NCBI GenBank assembly: GCA_002269645.1
Contig: NIVC01000430.1
Location: forward strand, 136,766-200,765
Origin: Macrostomum lignano
Lineage: Eukaryota
Direction: 5' to 3'
Length of the DNA stretch: 64,000 nt
Shown: piece after piece, positions 43,701-54,781 of the stretch
How the letters are laid out: every line of letters starts with the position of its first letter
Position numbering within the stretch: the first letter of the stretch is position 1
Made by a program: the position numbers and the translations under genes
The notes under the pieces: model-generated
What the model was told of the DNA's origin: nothing
Databases searched by the model: none
The model's input: the letters and a program-made list of their open reading frames with translations, nothing else

Positions 43701-46393
43701 GATTTTTTAAGATTTCAAGGCTTGTGGGAGCATTGCTGAGATGTCAAGGGGGGAGTTGATATGTTAAGGCTTGTGGGGGGGGGATTGCTGACATGTCAAG
43801 GCTTACAAGGGTACTGGTAGCGTACTGAAGCATACTGGTAGAAGTAGCTCTGAAAGAAGGCAAGTATGGTTGAATTTCAATGTCTGTTATAAAATTCTGC
43901 ACAAACATGTTTTATTGGTACATAAGCCTGGAATTAAAATGAGAATTCGATTCCTAGCCCCCCTCCCTAAGAATTTTTTTCATTTAAAAGGATTCGTCCC
44001 TTGCTTATTGGCCACCCCGAAGGCCATTTTTTATCAAAAATGATAAAAATAATTTTTATCAAACACGTTGACATATACAGGGCTCTAAACTAAAAACTGT
44101 AAAAAGTTGATAGTTTTGTTTTACCTAAAATGCGTTATTAACGGTCTCCAAAAATTCCTATTTTAAGCTTAAGCTTAAGAAAAACACTTAAAGTACTCCT
44201 GCTAAAAGGTATATTATATTAGACGAATATTAATTATTTCTGCTCCCCGAAGGGGGGCAAAACTTTAGCTAGTCTCCTTCTATGACCCATTTAGCCAACA
44301 CCCTAATCTCCTTCTATGACCCATTTAGCCAACACCTCAATCTCCTTCTATGACCCATTTAGCCAACACCCCAATCTCCTTCTATGACCCATTTAGCCAA
44401 CACCCCAATCTCCTTCTATGACCCATTTAGCCAACACCCCAATCTCCTTCTATGACCCATTTAGCCAACACCCCAATCTCCTTCTATGACCCCGTCCCCT
44501 TCCACAAAAATCGCAATCTAATTATCTAACACGCGTAAATGAATTATTGAAGTGTGAAATCCCAACTCTACCACCTGATATCACATCGCACCCCTGTCAG
44601 GCAGCCGGGCATGCACCGTGACAGCCTATTCCAACAGAACGCCACCATTGTTGCCGAGCTAACAGACGCCGTTGCTAAGCACTGCCCGAAGGCCCAGCTG
44701 TGCATACTCACCAATCCTATTAATAGCAACGTGCCCCTAGCTGCCGAGATTCTCAAGCACCGAGGGGTGCACGACCCGCGTCGGCTGTACGGCATCACCA
44801 CTGTTGACTCTGTGCGAGCTGACGTAGTCTATGCCAAGTTAACTGGTCACCCGCTCGACAAGGTTTGAGCATGGGAATTTATTAGGGATCTATCATCTTC
44901 ATCAATGTCCTCTGAAGCTTCCTCTAGGAGCAGTGAAATCCCATTCCTGATTTCATTATCTTCATCTCGACCCAGCTTCCTGCTGTGAGCAGTTGAGATC
45001 CCATCTATCTGCCTCATCTTCATCTCTATTCGATCCCTTCAGCTTCCTGCTGTGAGCAGTTGAGATCCCATCTATCTGCCTCATCTTAATCTCGATCTCG
45101 ATCCCTTCAGCTTCCTCTGTGAGCAGTTGAAATCCCATCTATCTGCCTCATCTTAATCTCGATCTCGATCCCTTCAGCTTCCTCTGTGAGCAGTTGAAAT
45201 CCCATCTATCTGCCTCATCTTAATCTCGATCTCGATCCCTTCAGCTTCCTCTGTGAGCAGTTGAAATCCCATCTATCTGCCTCATCTTAATCTCGATCTC
45301 GATCCCTTCAGCTTCCTCTGTGAGCAGTTGAGATCCCATCTATCTGCCTCATCTTCATCTCTATTCGATCCCTTCAGCTTCCTCCGTGAGAAGTTGAAAT
45401 CCTATCTATCTGCCTCATCTTAATCTCGATCTCGATCCCTTCAGCTTCCTCTGTGAGCAGTTGAGATCCCATCTATCTGCCTCATCTTAATCTCGATCTC
45501 GATCCCTTCAGCTTCCTCTGTGAGAAGTTGAAATCCTATCTATCTGCCTCATCTTTATCGCGATCCAGTTCAGCTTCCTCTGTGAGCAGTTGAAATCACA
45601 TCTATCTGCCTCATCTTAATCTCGATCCCTTCAGCTTCCTCTGTGAGCAGTTGAAATCCCATCTATCTGCCTCATCTTCATTCTAATCCCTTCCCAGCTT
45701 CCTCTGTGAGCAGTTGAGATCCCATCTATCTGCCTCATCTCCATTCTAATCCCTTCCAGCTTCCTCTGTGAGCAGTTGAGATCCCATCTATCTGCCTCAT
45801 CTTCATTCTAATCCCTTCCAGCTTCCTCTGTAAGCAATTGAAGCTCCATCCCCCTTATCTTCATCCCAATCCAGCTTCCTGTGTTCCGGGAGATCTCATC
45901 TACATCATTCAATTCAGAGATCCCCTAACCCTCAATCCAGGTGAGCGTGCCCGTACTAGGCGGTCACAGCGGCCACAGTCTGGTGCCGGCCTTCAGCCAG
46001 GCCCAGCCACCCAGCCGCCTGTCACCCGAGGATGTCCGCCGCCTCACTGAATCCGTACGCGGCGCCGCCGACGCTATCGTCGCTGTGAAAGCCGGCGGCG
46101 GTTCGGCGACGCTCTCCGTAGCCGCCGCCGCTCATCGTTTCGTCAACTCGGTGCTGCTAGCCCTGGACGGCCGGCAGAACATTATTGAATCGGCTTTTGT
46201 CGAGTCCGACGCCATGCCCGACCTGCCATTCTTCTCCTGCCCGTTGCTGCTTGGCCAGAACGGCGTCGAACGAAATTTAGGCGTCGGCCAGCTGTCCGAG
46301 TACGAGGCCGAACTGATGAAAGCGGCCGTGGCCGAGCTTCGAGTCCAGATAGAAAAGGGCCAGGAATTTGGCTTGGCCTGGGCAAAGCGATGA
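37762..46393 (+). CDS. MDH2: Malate dehydrogenase, mitochondrial (MDH2-type, divergent), 347 aa; exons 37762-38090, 44601-44862, 45941-46393
   Basis: Arg/Ser/Thr-rich transit-like N-terminus; NAD motif GACGGLGQPLSL; LYD; loop AGIRRQPGMHRDSLF; NPINS; TTVDSVRA; catalytic GGHSG; GSATLS. GT..AG phases consistent (1044 nt). Confidence 0.93.
38145..38936. repeat. 34-bp minisatellite (TCTCCTTCTATGACCCATTTAGCCAACACCCCAA), left part; resumes at 44273-44492
   Basis: Same unit and register on both sides of the Helitron insertion. Confidence 0.97.
39493..39621 (+). other. tRNA-like (A-box/B-box) module, copy 1; diverged copy 2 at 41931-42028
   Basis: Shared ATGAGAGCTAGCCTAGAG start, CTGCTAA loop, GGTTCGAAT B-box and TTAAA(A)GC(T/C)TTTTA tail. 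Stems do not pair as a functional tRNA. Confidence 0.5.
39628..41650. repeat. 48-bp satellite of two diverged 24-bp halves with ~335-359 bp higher-order repeats
   Basis: GGATTACTGCACTCGATAAGCCAA + GGATTATTGCTATTAATAAACCAA; the 23-bp variant marker recurs at 40302, 40661, 40996 and 41355. Confidence 0.95.
42050..42720. repeat. 22-23 bp minisatellite (TAGAAGCGTCATGTAAA[C/A]AATCA)
   Basis: About 29 copies, decaying into degenerate copies to ~43550. Confidence 0.95.
43657..43690 (+). repeat. Interstitial telomeric repeat (TTAGGG)5 TTAG
   Basis: Exact hexamers; a degenerate counterpart lies at ~43225-43272. Confidence 0.85.
44273..44492. repeat. 34-bp minisatellite, right part
   Basis: About 6 copies, continuing the register broken at 38936. 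Confidence 0.95.
44960..45900. repeat. 59-67 bp minisatellite (CAGCTTCCTCTGTGAGCAGTTGAAATCCCATCTATCTGCCTCATCTT...), MDH intron 2
   Basis: About 14 copies. Confidence 0.95.
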
Positions 46394-46549
46394 TTTATTT
46401 ATATATTTATGAATATACATATTGATTTAGTTTAGATCTAATTTTCATAGTCTAGCGGGTGCGGTGATTGAACTAATAAATCCATACATTCGCCCGTGTG
46501 TAAATTCTAGACTGAATGAACTGAGCTAGACCGACTCCTGCTCTCATTC

Positions 46550-47350
46550 TGCCCCTCCCGCCAATCTCTCCCTTACCCCTCACCCCCACTCTGTCTCCCT
46601 TACCCCTCACCCCCACTCTGTCTCCCTTACCCCTCACCCCCACTCTGTCTCCCTTACCCCTCACCCCCACTCTGTCCCCCTTACCCCTCACCCCCACTCT
46701 GTCTCCCTTACCCCTCACCCCCACTCTGTCTCCCTTACCCCTCACCCCCACTCTGTCTCCCTTACCCCTCACCCCACTCTGTCTCCCTTACCCCTCACCC
46801 CCACTCTGTCCCCCTTACCCCTCACCCCCACTCTGTCTCCCTTACCCCTCACCCCCACTCTGTCTCCCTTACCCCTCACCCCACTGTCCCCTTACCCCTC
46901 ACCCCCACTCTGTCCCCCTTACCCCTCACCCCCACTCTGTCCCCCTTACCCCTCACCCCCACTCTGTCTCCCTTACCCCTCACCCCCACTCTGTCCCCCT
47001 TACCCCTCACCCCCACTCTGTCTCCCTTACCCCTCACCCCACTGTCCCCCTTACCCCTCACCCCCACTCTGTCCCCCTTACCCTCACCCCCACTCTGTCT
47101 CCCTTACCCCTCACCCCCACTCTGTCCCCCTTACCCCTCACCCCCACTCTTTCCCCCTTACCCCTCACCCCCACTCTGTCCCCCTTACCCCTCACCCCCA
47201 CTCTGTCTCCCTTACCCCTCACCCCACTGTCTCCCTTACCCCTCACCCCACTGTCTCCCTTACCCCTCACCCCCACTCCGTCTCCCTTACCCCTCACCCC
47301 CACTCCGTCTCCCTTACCCCTCACCCCCACTCCGTCTCCCTTACCCCTCA
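46550..47350. repeat. 27-bp C-rich minisatellite (CCCCACTCTGTCTCCCTTACCCCTCAC); G-tract-rich on minus strand
   Basis: About 30 copies. Confidence 0.97.
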
Positions 47351-48169
47351 ATCTGGCACCAATATCATCCCAGTGTCGCTATTTAGAATTAAATTACGTG
47401 CTTGAACAGAATTTGTCAATGAAGCCAACGACTTATTTTTCTTTTAAGCTTTTCAACACGAATTAATCCGATGGGGTAAAGAATTTCATAAATTATAATA
47501 GTTATTTTAGCTCAACATCCATTTCGTACAAGTTTTTTTGCTGCTTTGAAATCGTCGGCCCCCTTTTATTTTCTCAGTGGTTCGATTCAAAAATATGTTT
47601 ACTTTAATTATCTCACTTCTCCCTTATCTAACTACCTAGCTACTGCAGTGACTCATAATAATGCCGCCTTTATCTGTTATAATCAACTATATTCTCCAAC
47701 TGCTAACAGTGGTGTGTGTGTGTGTGTATTCACCGTCAAAAAAATTTATGGGGCTAATTCGTGTGATCTGTGAACATTAAAAACTCAACTGTTTACTATT
47801 TTATAAGGTTTTCATGTTCTGCGACTTACTACTAACTTGATAACCGTAGTAAGTAGCAAGCTCCGCTTCAGGTTACGTCTTCTGTCAGTTTAAAAAACAC
47901 GGCATTAGTAGCAACAATTTTAAATCAATCTATCTTTGAACAGCCTGGCAACGAGTTTGTTTATCTTAGATACGGTGCATTTTTAAATCAGTCTAAAATG
48001 TACCAGCTTGTTCAAGGTATTGTGACCCAAACAGTTGGCCCCAAATACACATGTAATGAATTGTATTAGAAACATTGAGATGTCATGTCTCTCCGTTGCA
48101 GTAGCGACCCACTTTTTGTCTACTTTTTTTCTCAATTCACCAGCGCAATAAGCCGCCAGTATCAATTAA

Positions 48170-48880
48170 AATACTCCCTCTACCAGTTAGGAATCTCCCT
48201 CAGCCAATTAAAAATCTCACACTGCCAGTTAAGAATCTCACACTGCCAGTTAAGAATCTCACTGCCAGTTAAGAATCTCACACTGCCAGTTAAGAATCTC
48301 ACACTGCCAGTTAAGAATCTCCCTCAGCCAATTAAAAATCTCACACTGCCAGTTAAGAATCTCACACTGCCAGTTAGGAATCTCACACTGCCAGTTAAGA
48401 ATCTCACACTGCCAGTTAAGAATCTCACACTGCCAGTTAAGAATCTCACACTGCCAGTTAAGAATCTCACACTGCCAGTTAAGAATCTCCCTCAGCCAAT
48501 TAAAAATCTCACACTGCCAGTTAAGAATCTCCCTCAGCCAATTAAAAATCTCACACTGCCAGTTAAGAATCTCCCTCTGTCAATTAAGAATCTGCCTCTG
48601 CCAGTCAAGAATCTCCCTCTGCCACTTAAGAATCTCCCTCTGTCAATTAAGAATCTCCCTCTGCCAGTCAAGAATCTCCCTCTGCCACTTAAGAATCTCC
48701 CTCTGTCAATTAAGAATGTCCCTCTGCCAGTTAAGAATCTCCCTATGCCAGTTAAGAATCTCCCTGTCAATTAAGAATCTCCCTCTGCCACTTAAGAATC
48801 TCCCTCTGCCAGTTAAGAATCTCCCTCTGCCAGTCAAGAATCTCCCTGTCAATTAAGAATCTCCCTCTGACAGTTAAGAA
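48170..48880. repeat. 21-bp minisatellite (GTTAAGAATCTCACACTGCCA and variants)
   Basis: About 33 copies; source of ORF 48085-48774 (PVKNLTL repeats). Confidence 0.95.
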
Positions 48881-49199
48881 GATCTCTACTACTGATCAAT
48901 ATACTTATCTAAGAATCGCCCCCAACGCCAGTCCAAGCATCGCCCCAATGCCAGTCCAAGTTTCGGTTCAATGTATTTTTTCACGTATATGCATAGACGT
49001 TTAGTCGGAAAAGCTGTGAAAAAGTACAAGTTGTTTGAATTCGTTACAAAAATCACTCAATTTTGAGCGCTAAAACGGTCACCTTAAGATGTGTAAAATC
49101 ATTTGTTTCTTTTTTTCCAGGTATCAATTGTTATTGGCGATTAGGCAATGCACTTTAAACGCGCGGTTGCCTATAGCTCTCCCACGTCCGAAATTCGAG

Positions 49200-50024
49200 T
49201 TAAACGAGCGGGTCGGAGCACTGGCAGACCACCGGGAAGCTGTCCGTGTCCGGATAGTCGGACAGCTTGCGCTGAAGCAGCACGCCGGCATTCTCGGCGG
49301 CCAAATTGTTGTTCGGCTGGTCGGCGTCCCACACGGCCGACCAAACTGGCAGCCGCGGCGGGCTGGGACCAGCGCAGGGATGCCAGTGCCAGCCGCCGGC
49401 AGGCTCCGAGGAGTTTGGCAGCTGGACGGCGCCAGTCCAAACCGGGTTGCCGATGGCGCCGCCGTAGATGACCAACGCCGATTCGATGTCGTCGTCGTTG
49501 TCCAGCTGGGCCGGTCTGGTCAACTCGCCGTCAGCTAAGCACCTGGCCGCCTGCGTGGACCAGTTTCCAACGGAGGTGTATAGTTTGTACTTGTAGCCAT
49601 GGTAACCGCCGGTCGTGTTAGCGGCTACTCGATAATCAGGCGGGCAGGTCGCGCCGGCTCGAATGTACACGGTGACGTTGATGGCGTCAGTGGGCACCTC
49701 ACCGACTGTGCAGTTTGATCTGCGGACTGCGGCGCTGCAGCGGCTCCACGCGTAGAGGCTGCACCGACCGCGGGCGGCATCGAAACTGAACGCCCTACAA
49801 TCGGCCTGCGCTGAGCAGGCCACGGCGCAGGGTCGCTCGTCGGAGTAGACAGCCGCCAGCCGTCTGATGTACTCGGAGGCCACGCACAGCAACGGCAGAC
49901 GGACGGGGCTGTAGATTTTGCCGCCGGCATCGCGGCTGTTGCAGCTGCTGGCTGTTTCCATGGCAACTAAAGTCGCTAGTAGAGCGGTAAGCATTAGCGA
50001 CATTTTTAACGATGACGCTCTCAT
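49200..50024 (-). CDS. Secreted PAN/apple + C-type-lectin-like domain protein, 274 aa, single coding exon
   Basis: Signal peptide; apple motif CAVACSAQADCRAFSFDAARGRCSLY; CTLD features NWSTQAARC, VWTGA, WHW, WDADQPNN, FPVVCQ. Confidence 0.85.
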   Translation of the reverse strand: MRASSLKMSLMLTALLATLVAMETASSCNSRDAGGKIYSPVRLPLLCVASEYIRRLAAVYSDERPCAVACSAQADCRAFSFDAARGRCSLYAWSRCSAAVRRSNCTVGEVPTDAINVTVYIRAGATCPPDYRVAANTTGGYHGYKYKLYTSVGNWSTQAARCLADGELTRPAQLDNDDDIESALVIYGGAIGNPVWTGAVQLPNSSEPAGGWHWHPCAGPSPPRLPVWSAVWDADQPNNNLAAENAGVLLQRKLSDYPDTDSFPVVCQCSDPLV

Positions 50025-50707
50025 TTTCGACGTGTCAACTTTACAAGAATAAACGTCGTCTTTGCGTTTTATTGCTTTAGCTTAGCTACCATTTAGTTAG
50101 ATGTTTGCCTGGACCCAGCAGCTTTTATAGTATTGCGGAACTAAACTGAGTGTGAACAGGAGACGCTAGTGACATGCAAGGGGATATTGTCTCTGAGAAG
50201 CTCTCCTATATTACATTGTAATTGTTAACACTGCTGTAGTTTAGCTTTGGTAAAGAGAGAACCGGGGTAGCTGTATAAAGAATAGAAGCTTCTGAGTAGC
50301 GTTCGATAAGTTTTAAGCAAGCAACGAATGCATGCAAGTTGTTTGCCCAGCTTGCCTGCTAATGTGTGTGTAGTCCGTGTGTAGTATACCGCGAGCTGCC
50401 TAACAAACAGTTGAGGATCCAGAGCCCTGCATGTGTTGCACGTGAAACTCTGTATGCCCAAGCTGAGTGCCTCATGCTAATTGTATTTGTGAAACTGAGG
50501 AAGACTTACTTACAGTGTATAGTCAATAAACAGGTGTATAATGATACATGTACATGTGTATTTATGGGTAGCATTATCAGGTGGAGCTTCTATCAATATG
50601 CGTATTGAAATATAGCAGAGGTAGTTAACAACTATACATCAAATGGTACACCTTAATTTTACCTCTTATTTTGAACAAACTCCCTTATTATTCAAACCAA
50701 GCATGTC

Positions 50708-50900
50708 GGGGGCCGTAGCCCAGCGGTCTAGCGCAACTGCTCTGGTGTGCCAGCGACCCAGGCTCGATTCCAAGTGCAGTCACATTAATTTGGGGCTGAA
50801 TTGGAATCTCGGCTTGGCTCTGCTCGTGCAATTAACGGCCTTGAGAGCCAACCCCCCAAGGCGCAGTGAAATGTACATGCCTAATGATAAAATAAAGTTA
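50708..50900 (+). mobile_element. tRNA-derived SINE-like element
   Basis: GGGGCCGTAGCCCAGCGGTCTAGCG (A-box) ... GACCCAGGCTCGATTCC (B-box-like); acceptor stem does not pair; A-rich end AATGATAAAATAAAG. Confidence 0.55.
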
Positions 50901-51395
50901 GGGCCGCTGTACACTCCTGTGTGAGTGTGTGCCTGCGTACGTATCCGCGCGCTTGTATGCCTGCTCAGGGGAGTCGGCGGAATGGGCAGTAATGCCTCTC
51001 GCCGGTTGTGTGCCTATGTCGCTTAAAGTGCGCCAGGGTGCACACAACCCCCCTGCCTCTAATAAAAAAAGATGGATGCATGTCCATGTTGCATTGTGCT
51101 TGCAGAAATTCAATTATGACAAACACCCTTAAGTCTTTATCAGTGTCTGATTTTGATGTTCCGCTTGTTTGAATGCAAAGGAAGTTTGTTCAAAATAGGA
51201 GGAAAAGGGTGTCGAGTTACACTAATATACTTCTAGACTAGACTGTTAAGCTAATTAGATTATTTAACTACCTATAAATAGAATCCGCTCAAGATCAATT
51301 TCGATTGGGAGTGCTTACAAAAATAAACAAAATTCTAAAAAAACAGTTAAAATTGTAACATGTCACGCCTGATTGGTTTCACGCCGTGTTCACAG

Positions 51396-52880
51396 TTAAA
51401 CAAGCGCAGGCAGCAGCATCAACAGCAGCTGTACAGCAGCGAGCATGATCGACAGTTGCCCAGCTGATGCGGACATGACGAACTTGGAGGCCAATGCCAC
51501 AGCGCCGCTGCCATTAGCCTGGCAGGCCATGGCTTCGCAGGCCCGCAGCACCCGCTTCTGCTGCTGTTGCTCCATCAGCTGCGGCTGCAACCCCAAGCTG
51601 GGCATCAGAAAGTCCACGAACAGCTGAAACGAAGCTTCCGGCTTCTCAATCGGGGTGCTGTGACCCGCGCCAGACACCGACCTGTACCGAATGGTGAAGG
51701 CGTTCAAGGACGTCTCAGAGCCGCCCACCTGAACGGAAGCGGCGCCGAACATGCACTGGCAGTAGTACCAGGAGTAGCGGTTGCCCTGTAGCGGCCAGGT
51801 CATATTGTCGACGAAGCCCGCCGTGGCCAGGTAAGGCAACAGGTAGTCTAGGTTGCCATTGTACAGCAGTACATCAATTTTGCTCCTGTTGAGCAGCAGT
51901 AGCTGATGGGTCAGGGCCTCATTGCGGAAATCGTAGCTTGTGAAGATGCGGCCGCTGCAGATGTGATAGCGCTTGGCCTGCGGCGACACGCCCAAAGCGC
52001 GACGCACGTCCGGCCTCTGCAGGTAGTGCTCCATGGCGGTGGTGTTCAAACACCTGTACGAGTCGTTGTAGCCCAGGATGTTGTGATGGCAGAGGCTCTC
52101 AACATTGTACTCATTGAAAGTCGGATCGGGATCTTTGGAGAGTTTCTCAGTCACGGGCATCAGACCCATGAAGTAGGCGAACTCGGCCCTGGCTGCTAGC
52201 ATCGCCTCGCGACCCATAAAGTAGCCGTTACCAATGGCGACGCCTCGAAGTCGAAGGCCGTCTGGTCTTGACAACCGTTCATCTGCCAGAAGCGCCTCGG
52301 CCAGTAGCGGCAGGTAGACTCCGGCGTAGCTCTCGCCGGTCAGGTAGAAGTTCCTGGCCCGATACTCTGGGAACAGCAGCAGGAACTGACGCAGCGCAAG
52401 GATGTTGTCGCGAGTGGTGCTCCCATCGTTCCAGCGAAATTTGCTGGACGTCCGGGCCTTGCCGTAGCTAAAGCCGACACCTGCCGGCGATTCCAGGTAG
52501 AGCATGTTGGCCACACGGTTCCAGGCCCAGGGATTGTGCACCAGCTGGGCCCGGTCGTTCACCAGGAACGGCCCATTGGTGGTCAGCAGGCCGCCGATGG
52601 ACGAGCAACCGGGGCCGCCGTTCAACCACAGGACCAGCGGCGCCTCTTCCGGCGGCTTCTCCGAGCTCTCCACCAGCCAGTAGAACAGGCGGCTGTTCGA
52701 CTGCTCAGCCGCCTGCAGGTAGCCGGAGTATTGGCCAAATCGTGGACCCATCGTCGGCTGGCCTGGCAGGTTGACGATGCGGTGCCTCTGAGCACTGAAC
52801 GGTTGCGACATCAGCGATAGCGACATCGTCAACCACAGCAACAGCAGCTGGAGATTGTGGTGGCTCAGATGAAGTGCCAT
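51396..52880 (-). CDS. Serine carboxypeptidase, peptidase family S10 (cathepsin A/CPVL-like), 494 aa, intronless CDS, hydrophobic C-terminus
   Basis: Signal peptide; GQYSGYL, LWLNGGPGCSS, catalytic GESYAG, GVAIGNG, YNGNLD (Asp), GAGH (His). Confidence 0.93.
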   Translation of the reverse strand: MALHLSHHNLQLLLLWLTMSLSLMSQPFSAQRHRIVNLPGQPTMGPRFGQYSGYLQAAEQSNSRLFYWLVESSEKPPEEAPLVLWLNGGPGCSSIGGLLTTNGPFLVNDRAQLVHNPWAWNRVANMLYLESPAGVGFSYGKARTSSKFRWNDGSTTRDNILALRQFLLLFPEYRARNFYLTGESYAGVYLPLLAEALLADERLSRPDGLRLRGVAIGNGYFMGREAMLAARAEFAYFMGLMPVTEKLSKDPDPTFNEYNVESLCHHNILGYNDSYRCLNTTAMEHYLQRPDVRRALGVSPQAKRYHICSGRIFTSYDFRNEALTHQLLLLNRSKIDVLLYNGNLDYLLPYLATAGFVDNMTWPLQGNRYSWYYCQCMFGAASVQVGGSETSLNAFTIRYRSVSGAGHSTPIEKPEASFQLFVDFLMPSLGLQPQLMEQQQQKRVLRACEAMACQANGSGAVALASKFVMSASAGQLSIMLAAVQLLLMLLPALV

Positions 52881-54781
52881 CTGTTCCTCTGGGAGATTTG
52901 GTTGATCTCGAGTCGTCCTCGTCTTCTTCTTAAGTCGATGTTTTTGCGTATTGGCGAATCAGGCAGCTTTTTTTAAATTGATGTATCCGTGTATGTTCGC
53001 TGGCCTAGTTTCTTCGAACTTTCGAACTTGTTTGGTAGCGGGGTTGCAGGCCGGAACGAGGAGGCGAGGGAAGGCAGTAAATTCTGGCAGTTTTTCAAGA
53101 GCCAACCCGAAATCTCGAAGGTTTTTATTGCGCCGCGCGATCAACTCCCCTCGAGGAGAGGAGAAGAAGGAAAAAATTATAGAAGAAATAGAGCGGCAGA
53201 AGATGCGGATGTCATTCTCCTCCGCTTTTTATACGGACTGCAGCTTCGCCTGGGTCTGCTTCTCGCATTGGAATCGAATAGCGGAGAGAACCTGGGGCGA
53301 GTCTCCCGGGGTGTCCAAATAATGTGCTGCTTCCTGCTTGTGTTGCTGCTTGCTGGCCAGCTTCTTGAAGACTAGCCGACTGTGGGAAGGGGGGCGACTT
53401 CACATCCCGATCCCGTTGTTGGCGCAATAAAATATGATGGGGAAATTTGAGGGGGGGGTAGAGTTATCCACCCTCTACAAGAACGAATCCTGACCCCGGC
53501 GCGCTTCTCGCTCACTGCGCGGTCGAGTGCACGCTTGAATGGCTCTTCATCCAGAGTTTTGGAGTGCCGCTCCGGGAGCTAGCGAAGTCCAGGGAGTCGG
53601 GCCGCTGCGAAATCCGAGAATAGGGAGGGCATATAGCGAGAGATGGAAGGCCTCCAGGGGCGCCCCCCCCCCCCGATTTTTCGATTGGCACACGCGCGCA
53701 GCAAGATTGGAACAGGGGCGATGAAGACTCTCTCTACCAAAGGCGAGCCCAACCTGCCTAGTTGCTGCGGCCCCTGCGTCAGCCGCCCTGCCAATTCTCT
53801 GTCATCACTTTGCCCCGAGGGCCGCTTGGGAATAAGGGAATTAATCGTTCCGCGTCCCAGCAGGGGTGCGGCCGCCAAACTTGGTTGATGATCCCAATTT
53901 TTCTCAGCAACCCAATCGCCTCAGGCCGGTGCGCGCAGGTTAGCCCATTTTTTTCTTGTAATAATTCGATCGTCTGGCATCAAGAAGAGACCGTGCGGCA
54001 GCCGTTAGTTGATTTTCGCCCAACACCAGGGCGGGTTGGGGGAAACATTGCGCCAGACTGGCCGCAACACAAATCCTAGCTATGCAATCGGGGAAAAGTG
54101 CAACGAGAACAAGCCCTGGCGCACACTTCCACCATCGGAGGACGTCACCGCGATTGTCTGTGAACGCCCGAAGACTCAGCTGAGTGCGCTTATAAAACAG
54201 CCACTATTTATATGTAGGTGCAGGACGGCCCCAGAAACCGGTCACGCCCAGCAACTAAAGGAGACATCTATCGGTGTAATTTACAATTGTTCTTTGCTCC
54301 GCGATCTGTGCACTTGTACGGCCCCTTACGCTTGATTGACTTGCTTATTTTAATTTTGTGGTTCTCTCTCTCTAGCACAGATTTTGAATCGTGAAACGTG
54401 TAGCCCTGCTCAGTCAGCCAAGCAGCCCGCTTTACCTTGTCAATTATGCATTGCAGGTTGAAGTTCTTGAGCTGCTTGCAACTAGTAACAAAGAATGGAT
54501 GATCTTTAATGTTTAATTAAACATCGATGTTTTTATATTGATCTCAGCTCCGTATAGCTGCGGTTTCGTTAGGCCTGAGTGATTTTTACAATGTGAGCGT
54601 GTCGAGACGGCGAGTTGTGCCCCGTAAAACATTCTCTCATTAAAAAACAGTCTGGATCTGGAATCTTGATCTTTGGCTATATATATCTGGCACTATCGTT
54701 AAGAAGATACAACGCTGTGTAGAGCTGTGTTTGACTCTGTCTAAAGCTTATATAGTTTAGTTATACTCATAGTGCCCTACA

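Larger units (their letters stand above)
38937..44272 (+). mobile_element. Non-autonomous Helitron, 5,336 bp, carrying tandem-repeat cargo
   Basis: 5' end TC(TTC)nTAATATACTAAAAATGAAATG...AACGGCTCAACCGATTTTC; 3' GC hairpin GCTCCCC-GAA-GGGGGGC (44242-44258) 10 nt before the CTAG terminus (44269-44272). Inserted between A38936 and T44273 of a 34-bp unit with no TSD. No Rep/helicase ORF. Confidence 0.85.

Noticed and set aside
48085-48774. 229-aa PVKNLTL-repeat ORF
   Set aside because: A 21-bp minisatellite is a multiple of three, so it stays open by chance; no signal peptide, domain or splice support.
50708-50785. Functional tRNA gene
   Set aside because: A and B boxes are present, but the acceptor and anticodon stems do not pair, so it is treated as a SINE head.
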